From the NCBI RefSeq assembly GCF_001194135.2, contig NC_068984.1, positions 70,017,333 to 70,081,332 on the forward strand: a stretch of DNA of 64,000 bases. The letters run 5' to 3'. Within the stretch, counting starts at the first letter, position 1. Every line of letters starts with the position of its first letter. The DNA comes from Octopus bimaculoides (lineage: Eukaryota). The position numbers were made by a program, and so were the translations under genes. Shown here piece by piece: positions 52,838-64,000 of this stretch. The notes below the pieces were generated by a model. That model made no database searches. It saw only the letters and a list, made by a program, of their open reading frames with translations, and was not told the DNA's origin.

Positions 52838-53254
52838 CATACATACATATACATATTGTACTCCTTTTGTTATCTGTAGCAGGTTATCTATTTAAGCACA
52901 GCAAAATGCTTATTTTAGGCAAATCAGGAAATCAGTATGCACTTTCAGAGAGGGAACAATAAAAAGGAAGACAAAAAAAAAATGAAAATAGGATGCCAAG
53001 ATCTTACATGATGAAATAGCAATGCTTGCATGTTATATATATATGTGTATATGCATGTGTGTGTGTGTGTGTTTCAATACATGCATACATACATACACAG
53101 ACAGATATTATGCACACACATAAACACATGCAAAAATACACTGACATACATATATTCATAAAATCGTATATTGGTTTTATATATATACATATATATATAA
53201 ACATATATATATNNNNNNNNNNNNNNNNNNNNNNNNNNNNTATACATATATAAC

Positions 53255-54777
53255 GGCAATTATCTCCACCTACGCCCCACAAGTGGGCCTACCAGATGAA
53301 CAGAAGGATCACTTTTATGATATTCTTCTGCAGGCTACCTCAAAGACTAGTGATAATGATCTCATCTTTGTGGCTGGAGATTTTAATGGGCATGTTAGAC
53401 AGCAATCTGGTATCTTCCATGGTGTACATAGGGGCCAATGAGTTGATATCAGTAATGAAGAGAGAACTAAGCTCCTGGAGTTCTGTGATGCAAATAACCT
53501 ATTGATCTGCAACACCAACTTCAGGAAGCCAGCTAGCCACCTGATAACCTATCAATCAGGTAAATCTGCTAGCCAGATTGATTTCATTTTCACCAGGCAG
53601 CAAGATGTATGGTTCCTCTTAAATATAAAGACTTTCCCAAGTGAAGAATGTACCCCCAAACATAGACTAGCAATTAGTGACTTTAGACTCAAGGCCAGAA
53701 GGATACCAGAAACCAGACCAATCTGGAAAAGAATGGCTTAGAAGCTTAGGAAACCTTAACATGGTCAGAGATTTAGAGATATCCTTACAGAGAAATTTGA
53801 TGATAGGGAGGAGGAGCTACAGTCCTGTGACATAGAAGGCAGCTGGGAATTCCTGTGAGACAGCTTGCTGTGTGCCACAGACCAAATCTGTGGCTGNNNN
53901 NNNNNNGAAGGCAGCTGGGAATTCCTGTGAGACAGCTTGCTGTGTGCCACAGACCAAATCTGTGGCTGGTGCAAAGTCCCTTCCAGACCTAGGGTAACAT
54001 GGTGGTGGAACAACACTATAGACAGGGCCATTAGAGCAAAGAAACAGGCCTGGAATGCCTGGAAGAGTGGGGGTAGCAGGAGAATGTATCGGATAGCCAA
54101 AAAGAAAGCTAAGAAACAGGTATATATAGCCAAGGGAGTAGCACAAAAGAAGAAGTTTGCCAATGTTCAGCGATGTGAGGACCAAAGAACTGAAGTATTT
54201 CGGATTGCAAGACAGAGTGTGAGAGAAAACCATGATGTCAGAGGAGAGAAATGTGTCCACCTGGATGATGGTGCCCTTGCGTTCAATGATTCTGCAAAGG
54301 AAAAGGCTTGGAGATGCCATTACGAAAGACTGCTTAATGTGGAGAATGAATGGGAGGAGGAGAGTCTGCCAAAGTTTGACCCAATTGAGGATCAGCTATC
54401 CGAATTGACAGTACCCAGGTAGATAAAGCAATTAAGATATAAAGACAGGGAAAGTGCCTGACCCATCAAGAATCGCTGCTGGGATGCTTAAAATATCAGG
54501 TGGTTGGGTTATGGTCTTGTCACCCACATCGTAAGTCAGGTAGTTCATGAAGGAGTCATAGGCAATGACTGTTGTAGTAGCCCCATAGTCAACTGCTACA
54601 AGGGGAAAGGTGATACTTTAGATAGAAATAACTACAGGGGTATCAGATTATTGGATCAGGTGATGAAAGTTACAGAGAGGGCCTTGGCCCAACTAATTAG
54701 GGAGAGAATTAGCCCAGATGAGATGCAGTTCAGTTTTGTGCCAGGCAGAGGTACCACTGATGCTATATTCCTGGTAA
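53255..54777 (+). mobile_element. RTE-clade LINE: APE endonuclease through start of RT, disrupted and truncated at both ends
   Basis: ISTYAPQVG, GDFNGHV, NTNFRK, SQIDFIFTR, WWNN, YKGKGDTLDRNNYRGIRLL, MQFSFVPGRGTTDAIF. Confidence 0.9.
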
Positions 54778-57189
54778 TGGTCTTGATACTGGCATCTGAA
54801 TACTTGGCATGAATCATCATGGTACAGGTAACTCTTTTCAATATTCTGATGGCTTCCAGTCTTCCATGTCAGCTAAGTTTTTCTCAGCTACAACTTTAAC
54901 TCTTCAACACCATTGGCTGTTCCCAATACATCAAGCTGTTCCTAAAAAAAAAACAAGATATAAAATTGTCAAATTTAGCCCAAGCACTACTTTTAATATA
55001 AATACCAAGCTTTCTGCCTTTTAGTTAATATTGCTGTTATGATAAGGAGAACATTGAAACTATCGTAGAAATAATATACTAAATTTAAAGTTAATTCCTT
55101 CCTGAAACAAAAAGTTTTACTGCATTTTGAGCAATTTTTAATGAAAGACGTAGGACTGCCAAATTTTAAACAACAGCAGTTGAAATATTTTCAAAAGCTT
55201 TAATGCTTGATCTCTAGGTTACTTGAAAGAACCTTTTCCCAATTATTATCAGTTTTAATGAACTGCTGCTGACATTAGAGTCAATAGAGACATAGACTTC
55301 ATTGTCAGTTGTTTAATGCTTCGTTAATTAGTAAAGCACTTTGTTTAGAAATGAAAATCTTTAATTTTATTTACTAGCAATTTATATGTCAAAAGAAGGA
55401 CTTGAATCAGTGAACAAAAGAAGCTATCAGTAGGAAGGAACATGCTAACACATTGATCAAGTGTTAGATTCAGAAGAAATTATGCTGTATAATATGCTCT
55501 GTTATAAATTGTCTGAATTACATAAAGCTGTTAATTTGATTTCTGTCCATGGCATTAATTTCTCATAGAAATCACAAATCAAAGGAAATAATCTAATAAA
55601 AATTAGCAACTGATTGAAATCGACAAAAACAAATGCACAAACGCAGAAGTATGAACACAGTAGAGTATACTTACTATTAAGGATGAAAATTGATCCGTAA
55701 GTCTACTTCGGTCAAATTAATTATTTTCTGAGCTATTTATTGCCATTAACTAAAACAAAACTTTATTAAGAGCAAATTACATAGAGTGACCTAAGTTTAT
55801 AAGTTTATATCAGGAATAAAAAAAAAGAAAAAGAAAATCAATTCACTATCAATGTATAAAATAAATTTATCTATTTTATACATGTTTCTTTACATGAATG
55901 CAATATTTTATGATAAGCTTTTAAAATGAGCCATAAAATTGGATGAGTGCTTCAAAAGGTCGGAGGTTGTCTTAATGATTTACAAGTATGCAAAGGACAA
56001 CAAATTAATTAACTTTTCTTAGCCAGAGGGTGAAGTCCAATCAGTAAAGATCTGAGCTAAGGCAGAGAATACAGTACTTAATGTGAATCCCACACACTTA
56101 GAAAATAGTTTCCCAGTAAAAGTTGATCTTAATGTAGTTTGTTTGAAAGTAAATTGTATAGCATGAATTACAGGCTTCATCTAATATTCTTGGAGAGTAT
56201 GTAATAATATTCAAGTCAACTGCTGCCTTTATGAATGAGAATTTTAGTCATAACTTATCTAGCAACAATAAAATATTTATACAATTACATTATTAAATTA
56301 CTTGGAAATATTAAAGAATAAATTTAAACTTTATGCAGAAGGTAGATTTCTTTTCCCTCATATATACNNNNNNNNNNNNNNNNNNNNNNNNNNNNNNNNN
56401 NNNNNNNNNNNNNNNNNNNNNNNNNNACATATATATATGTATATATACATAAATGTAAAACAGTGCAATATTTCAAAACGTTATTGATTAAATAAATGTG
56501 ATGCCTTTAACTATTTCACTTTGAATTACAGAAAGTTAAATGAAATGAAAATCTATTTAATTCCTACCTATAGTTTACCTCAGATGAAAAAAATGTTTTT
56601 GAAGGTACTGCCTTGAAGATAGTGATCATGGCAATAAATAGATTCGGATCTTGATTACTTATAGATAAAACTGTTCAATTCATATGTTTATTTTTTAATG
56701 TTTAGCTATATTGTATCATATCTAAGTGTCTACTGGTTGTCAAACAGCTTCTTTTATGATCTAGTTTTACCTAAGATAAAACTTTACTTCTGATGTGCCT
56801 ATGCACGTTTTCCTCTTTATAGCTACTTCATTGTTCCCTTTTCTGTCCTTTGTTTTTATCTTCTCTACTAAGTATGAATTTTGACTATCATTGCTGTCTG
56901 TTTTTATATGACATATTGATGCTTTCTGACACCTTTTTCAAATTCTTTCTTTATTGTATTATAGTGAACCTGAACACTGCCTACAATAAATTATTATATT
57001 ATATATATTGACATGAAGAAAATTATTACACAAACAGTTTTTTTGTTTTTTTGTTTTTTATCATGTAAACTCCAAGTTTATGTCTGGTACTCAGCACGAC
57101 TTCAGTTGCTGTACTGAATGCAGATGATCAGTTCTGAATGCAACCAGGTGAAGACAGAACATCTACAGAGTATCTTTGATCTTTTATGT

Positions 57190-57577
57190 GTCTTTTACTT
57201 GTTTCAGTTACTTGCCTGTTTCTATGCTTGGGCACTACCTTGAATTTAAGTCAAACAAATCAACCCTAGTACTTATTTGTTTTTCAAGCCTGGTGCTCAT
57301 ACCGTTATTTTCCTTTATAAAACTCCTAAGTTAACCAGGATGCAAACATACCAACACCAGTTGCCAAACAGTGGTAGGTGTAAACACAGGCACAAAGAAA
57401 TACACATACATACATACAATGGGTTTCTTTCAGTTTCTATCTACCAAATACACTCACAAGGCTTTTGTTGGCCTGGGGCTATTGTAGAAGACACTTGCCT
57501 AACTTGCCTAACTTGCCTAACTTGGGACTTAGCCTGAGGTTGCATGGTTGGGGAGCAAACTTCTTATCACCTGGCTA
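57190..57577 (-). mobile_element. SINE family A, degenerate
   Basis: ttctttcagtttctatctaccaaatacactcacaaggctttt...agaagacacttgcc is the reverse complement of family A; contains a (ttgcctaac)x3 duplication. Confidence 0.75.
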
Positions 57578-58189
57578 ACTCTATTTGCTAAAAATAGCTG
57601 ACAGCTTTCCAGAAGTCAGTCTCTACAAATCTTACAAAAGCTATGACTGACTGAAAAAGGTAGTTCTAGGTTCACAATACTTGAAAAGAACCATGAAAAG
57701 ATGCACACTTGTTCATATCCCTTGTAAATGCGAGTGGAAATGCTAAGCCAATGTATAAACTTATACATGGTTTCTCAATATGCAAGAAGTAGCAGCTAAA
57801 TTTCCCTAAAACCACAGTCTACTGTCTTTGAAAAAGGAAAAGATATAGTAAACAATGTAATCCAAGTTAATTTTTCTATGCAACAGCCTGGTCATGGCTA
57901 GAGCATGTTTGAACTTAGATCTGTGGTGATAACAGCAAGGACAACAACTGTAATCGAACATTGCCTTCTATACATGGAAACAGATGTAATATTAAACATA
58001 AATGAAAAGTTCAAGGTAACCAAAACTGTTACACATGTTGAAGAAGTTTGACAAAAGTGTAAATGGTAAAACATGCGTTTTGGGGTGAGTGGAGAGAATT
58101 TCTAATAAAAGGTGGTATATAGAATTTTTACACATTTTGCTTCACCGAACATCATTCTTTTAAAGAGTGATAATGATTTTAACTGTGTT

Positions 58190-58620
58190 CTATGGGTGCA
58201 GATCATGTATGTTAGCTACTAAAAGTAAGAATAGGAGAGAAAGACCAAGACTCTTGAAATGAAATGCAATAAAAAGATCTTTTGTTTTATAATGGAAAGT
58301 CAAACTAATGAAAATTAAAAGACAAAAACAGAATTGCAAAGATGACTGTGGAACACAGAACTCATCTATCAATTCTTGAAAGGTAGAAAATGAAATGGAA
58401 ACTTGATATATTCTACGTTTAATGAATATGGTCATGTATAGACAAATTCCTGGCCAAAGAAATATTATATGACCACAAAGGGTATGGTTATGCAACATCA
58501 AGTTATATAATGGAAAGAAAATGATGAAAACATGAGGATCATTGATGACTGGGAAAGGAGGGAACAGACTACATCTCTTGTAGGTGACTCTTGGCAACAA
58601 CAGTCTCCATATGTTGTATT
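58190..58620 (+). mobile_element. Possible ancient LINE relic (post-endonuclease linker)
   Basis: GADHVC*LLKVRIG resembles the SDH motif ending APE domains; otherwise heavily decayed. Confidence 0.3.
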
Positions 58621-58864
58621 TCATACCGAATATTTTATATATATTAAACAATAATTTTATAGCATATATCACATAAGCATTTTTGTAGCACGTGTGACTC
58701 ATACACATATATATATATCAATGCACACACACAAATATATATATATATATATATANNNNNNNNNNNNNNNNNNNNNNNNNNNNNNNNNNNNNNNNNNNNN
58801 NNNNNNNNATATATATACATATATGCATACACACATATACACTTGCATACATACATACATATAT

Positions 58865-59483
58865 ATGTGCTGCTCAGATGGTAAGGTAAGATTGTCAGCA
58901 CTATCAGCCCCTCGTCAACCTCTTATGGATCTTCTGCAAGGCACTTCCACCCAGTCAAAGGATTTTCTGAACGATATCAGACAATACAACTCTGCATTTC
59001 AAACGACATCGTTTGGTGCATCTAAGGAGATAGTTGAGCATGGATTTATGCCAACATTCAAAGTTCAAGGGCAAGTCTGTCACCTCATCGGTTCTCTGTT
59101 ACCCACAAACGAACAACCAAAATTCTTCCAAATTTACTTTATGAGTAATGTAGGACAACAAACCTGAAGGAGGTGTCAAAACTTCAGATGGTGGGTCATG
59201 TTAGACACAGCACTGACCACCACAAAGGAGATTATATCCACTGTCAGCTTTTCGGTGCATTCAAAAATCACATACCCCCACCAATTTTCCATGACAGGTT
59301 AGGGCCTGGAATCATCCAAACAGATGCATGACATGTCACTGAGTTGAATCAGCCCACTATTTACTCCACAAATGATTTGTCGTTAATGCTGTACTCTACC
59401 ATATCACCTGTTTCAACATAACTGTAATATACATACAAATTATGCCATTTTAATCTTGAGCAGTGCCGGGTATTACTGTTAGT
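58865..59483 (+). mobile_element. Internally deleted Helitron: RepHel N-terminal fragment (58865-59167) joined to a 3' terminus
   Basis: CCSDGKVRL...FLNDIRQYNSAFQTTSFGA...GFMPTFKVQGQVCHLIGSLLP...PKFFQIYF is the Helitron RepHel N-terminal signature; end ttgagcagtgccgggtattactgttag|t resembles the hairpin + CTAG|T terminus. Confidence 0.85.
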
Positions 59484-59897
59484 ATATATATATATTAGTG
59501 TGTGTGTGTGTATTTACATGTATATATGTGTGTGTGCGTGTGTATTTACATGTATGTGTGTGTGTATATGTGTGTGTATGTGTGTGTGTGTATGTGTGTG
59601 TGTGTGTATTTACATGTATATGGGTGTGTGTAACAGATGAGAGAAACAGAAAATGGAATTCATGGGATTCTTTGTTAATCACAATGATTGTTTCAATTCC
59701 TCTTGCATTCATCCCTCATGGATGAAATACTATACAACTGGCTATTGTGCATCCTTCAGTGCAAACGTCTCTCATCAGGTGATGTTTCAAACATTACCTC
59801 ATTCAATAAATTCAAGTTTGGTCAGTTGGGATTATACAGCATGTTGTTATTTGCCTGTAGGAGGTTGCATATAGGCTTTGTGGTTTCGAAAATATAC

Positions 59898-59946
<49 letters not shown>

Positions 59947-62894
59947 GCCTTGTAAAATTCAATGGAATGAATAAAGCTGAAATTGTTTCAAAGGTGTTTT
60001 GTGATGTTTCAGTTGTGCTCCATGTCTGAGGAAGAGGTCCTGAATCTAAAAAAGAAATACTAGCTTCTAAAACATATTATCTCCATACTCTATTCTGCCA
60101 GTATTGCTGATTATGGATCTGCATGCCTTTTTGTCTAAAACACAACTTAATACATAGTGAGATACTCTCAGTACCACCAGAAAGTTTCTTAACAGTATAT
60201 AGAGATTATAGATACAGTTAAGTGGTGAAATAAAAACAGAAGAAAATGAGAAAACGCCTTGATTTGTGAGGACCATTGATTAAAGTGAAAGGGGAAAAGG
60301 CCAAGGAAGACAGAGAAATAAAATAACAACATATTTACAAAGTAAAAAGCCTTAACACAATAGGGTAATACCAAATGACTATAATGGTGTTACTACACTA
60401 TTTCCTCTATAATTTGTTGTAACATCACACTAATTTACTGATTTATTTTGATTGAATTTCTAATCTCATTACGTCAAGGTGTGAAATATCTGTACACCAA
60501 ATCACACACATACGCACAAGTATTCTTTCCATCTATTTACATTTACTATATTTACAGCTGTGAAGTATTGGCTATTAAGGACATGTTGTAGTAACAGCCA
60601 TAAATATAACAAACATGATTCTATGTATCCTGAAACCAATGGATATAATTATTTTTCATTTTAATTTTGTATTGCTTTGTCAAAACAAATAATTTACTTT
60701 ACATTTTGTTCTATAATTTATACCTCAAAAGCATGGCATAATCTACCAACAAATGTTTATTTTTATGAAGCATCCAAAATGTAAGATAATCAAGGCTTGT
60801 AGGCATTAAATCAAAATATCAGGATACACCTAATTAGAAAATGTAAGGGATTTTCGAGGGGAAGTATTTCATTTCATTTCTATATAATGAATTGATTAAT
60901 TAACATTACCATTATATAATGGAGTGTTTCACATAGAGGGTGAATCTAGTTACCCAGAGTTGTGGTAAGTGCTGTGAGGATTGAAAATGGATTACACAAA
61001 TCACTGTGTTTAAGATAGCTATGTTCAAAAAGATTAAAACTAACTCAGTGGTGAAGAAAGATGGATTACACAGATGCAAACTCTGTTTTGTCTTGTTATT
61101 AATTAAGTGGAAGTGCAAAAAATTTTCAATGATATTTTTGAGGCAAGCTGATATTTGTTAACATGAGAACTTCTGATATAATTGAATATTTTCTTAGAAG
61201 TATCATTTCAAATTAAGTATTTCAAAAATGCAGTCTTTTCGCAATGAATACATATTAGGTTAGTGTGAATCTAACTGCTCTCCCTTGTTGTTTAAGCTAG
61301 TAATTTACGATGTAGGACTCCAGCTCCTTGTAAATTTACTGCTTTAGAAATTGTAAACAATCAAGATTTAAAAGTTTCTCATGATTAGAATATATATTTT
61401 CTAAAATTTCAAAATCAACGCAAAGGTATAAAATGTTTCAAAACTTACAATCATTTCGAAAAATGTTCAAATTGGAATGTTTAAAATCTATTTACAATTG
61501 TAGTTTTATTAAATAGATTAGAGAGATAGGTAGATGTATATAGAGGGGAAAATGAATGAGAATTAAAAGTGGCAGAATCAATCTTTGATGGTGATTTGGC
61601 AGATGTAAACATTCACAAACATGTCTGCAACCTTTCATTCAAAATTAAAGAACAACATAAAATTATTCCCAAGCCTTAAAGCAATTTTCTGATCTCATCT
61701 AAGGATTGAAATAATCCACAGGGTGAAAGACTTCTGTTATTGTCATGGACAAAGAGAAAGAGAGAAAAAGAGAAAGAAAGTAAGTGAAAGAGAGAGAGAT
61801 AAAAGAGAGTGATGGATGGAAGACAGATGGGTGGGAAATCTTCTAGGATAAAAATATTTAAAATGCATTATTTTCCTTCATTTGTTGTATTAACTTATAT
61901 TTCAGTTTGTCAAAGCTTGCAATTAATCCTACTTACTGTATTATGAAACAAATGTCTAAAAAACAATTCCCAATAAAATTTAACAAATAACATAATTTTT
62001 GTGTGTAAGAAGTACACCTAAATTGCAATAATAGTATTAACAACAATAATAAAAAATAATTTTTTTCTATTTTTTTTTAAAGAAAGAAATGAAGACGTTT
62101 TATTTGAAGATTTAATTCTTAAAGTATTTCTTATTTTTAACATTGTAATATTTATTGACATTTTCTAATTCTAAGAAAATGCAAAAACACTGAACTTACT
62201 ATATTGACTCAGGAGATATCTCCAACAATTATTGCATCTTACACATCAGGATGGTGGATTGGTAGAATTGTTAGAGTGTCAGACAAAGTTCCTTGTGGTT
62301 TTTAGATAGTGTTTAACATTTTCTTTTTTTATTGGAAACCCATTAAGTATGATTTTGCCATTACCTTTCCTACTTCTGGAGTCAATAAAATAAGTAGAAA
62401 TAAATCACCAGACTTGGTTTAATATAACTTATTTTTTAAAAAAATCATTAATATGGATGGTCACCCATTGATGGATATATGCATTAGCAAAAAGCCAAAT
62501 AATTGTTCCTTTTTGTACACCTTTGGAATAAGAAGCTATCACAGCTCATTATAATACTGAATACAAAATAAAATTGGACAGAAAATACTTGGTGACCAAA
62601 CTAAAATTTCATGAAGAACTCAACAAAAGCATTAGAAAAACTATGGAAGCTTTACTAATAATATAAAACGAACCTAAATTAAGCACATAGACACATCACA
62701 TGTAAATGCACACACACACGCACACACACACACACACATATGCTTGTGTGTGAGTATATATGTACATATATATAAGCATGTAGAAACACATATAAATGCA
62801 TACATACACATACACAGTATTTTAGTGGAGTGTCTATCAATTTAAGAGTTAGATCATAATAAAGAATATTTTGCAATAAAATATGTCTAAATGT

Positions 62895-62933
62895 TCATTA
62901 TCATCATCATCGTCATCATCATTATTTTTATTA

Positions 62934-62995
<62 letters not shown>
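62895..62995. repeat. (ATC)n/(ATT)n microsatellite
   Basis: Direct reading of the sequence. Confidence 0.9.
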
Positions 62996-64000
62996 TGTCA
63001 ATTACTTTGCATAACTTGTGTATATATTTCATCTTTATTAAATCTATATTATAGTTTTCTAGGGTGTAATCATAACCTTGATCTTGCATTGAAAACTGTG
63101 AACATACTACTTTAACATTACAACTTTATTTTAATTTATTTCATGTCTTTCAATGATATTTACACACATGAATTCATCTGATTTTCTTCAGATCGCTCAC
63201 TTTTATATATTACTATCAACACGTAGACAATAGGAAAACATTGACTACACATACCTCAAAAGAATTAAATATTGATAGCTGGAAATATCTGGCATCAAAC
63301 AACTATTAAGTCAATGAAATAATCAATGAACTGCTTTCTGATAAATCCCAATAAACTGTTCCACTTGTGAATATTGAATTTTAAAATTTGCAGCTATTCA
63401 AGAGAAATTGTCCAGTTTATGATTGTATAATCATATAGGTGTATCCAGGTCACAGATTATTTTTATGATGCATAAAATTTCATGTTTGTTTACTATTTGA
63501 GAAAAGCCCATTATTGGTCTACATTACAATCAGCGATTTGGAGGAAATGACTACAGATAATTTCGATATGAAACCAAGTTTGCTCAAGAGTAAAGATAAT
63601 TTTTCATTTTTTTCCAATATTTTTTATTGAGTACTAAATGATACAGACTTAGCATTTGGTTGATATATACATTTGATTGAATATTGTTGTATATATATAT
63701 ATATATCCATTACAACTCAAAGTGGAGAGGAGTAAGATGACTGAGTGGTCAAGTAATTATGATATTAGAGCATCAATTCAATTGAGCTGTATTCAAATTA
63801 AGTTCAGAAAATTTGATGGGGTTTTTGAAATAATTTGGACCACAGATTTAATTTTGTATACTGTGATCTGCAAATTATAGTTTAGGCTAGGGAAACATTT
63901 TATATTTTAATACCATATTGAACTAAATATAATCTAAAAAGGCAACATTAAAGAAATTTTATAAATTTAAAAGGCAATTGTAATTACACTAATTGGGAAA

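Noticed and set aside
53835-53968. Perfect 62-bp direct repeat flanking a 10-N gap inside the RTE LINE
   Set aside because: Identical copies on either side of a gap indicate unmerged overlapping contig ends (assembly artefact), not a biological duplication.
58190-58708. 172-aa minus-strand ORF
   Set aside because: Low-complexity, starts in a microsatellite, and is probably antisense to a decayed LINE; no recognisable motif.

Overview
AT-rich, microsatellite-dense eukaryotic DNA with about a dozen N-gaps. The repeat landscape is what I associate with octopus/cephalopod genomes (inference, not verified). No host protein-coding gene can be called with confidence, and most of the supplied ORFs are microsatellite, N-gap or antisense artefacts. 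The window is a mosaic of mobile-element relics: several tRNA-derived SINE families, RTE-clade LINE pieces (endonuclease/RT and 3' UTR), R4/Dong-clade RLE-LINE pieces sitting in (TAA)n arrays, two mariner fragments, a Buster/Charlie-type hAT fragment, Helitron fragments and termini, and MITE/foldback elements. The most unusual signal is a set of minimal type-I hammerhead-ribozyme motifs of the Penelope-like-element (PLE) kind. One forms the 3' tail of a tRNA-headed (Pol III A/B-box) SINE present twice (2726-2990 +, 15495-15780 -). Two more sit in the arms of a 357-bp foldback (49939-50295), and a degenerate one lies just upstream (49793-49827).
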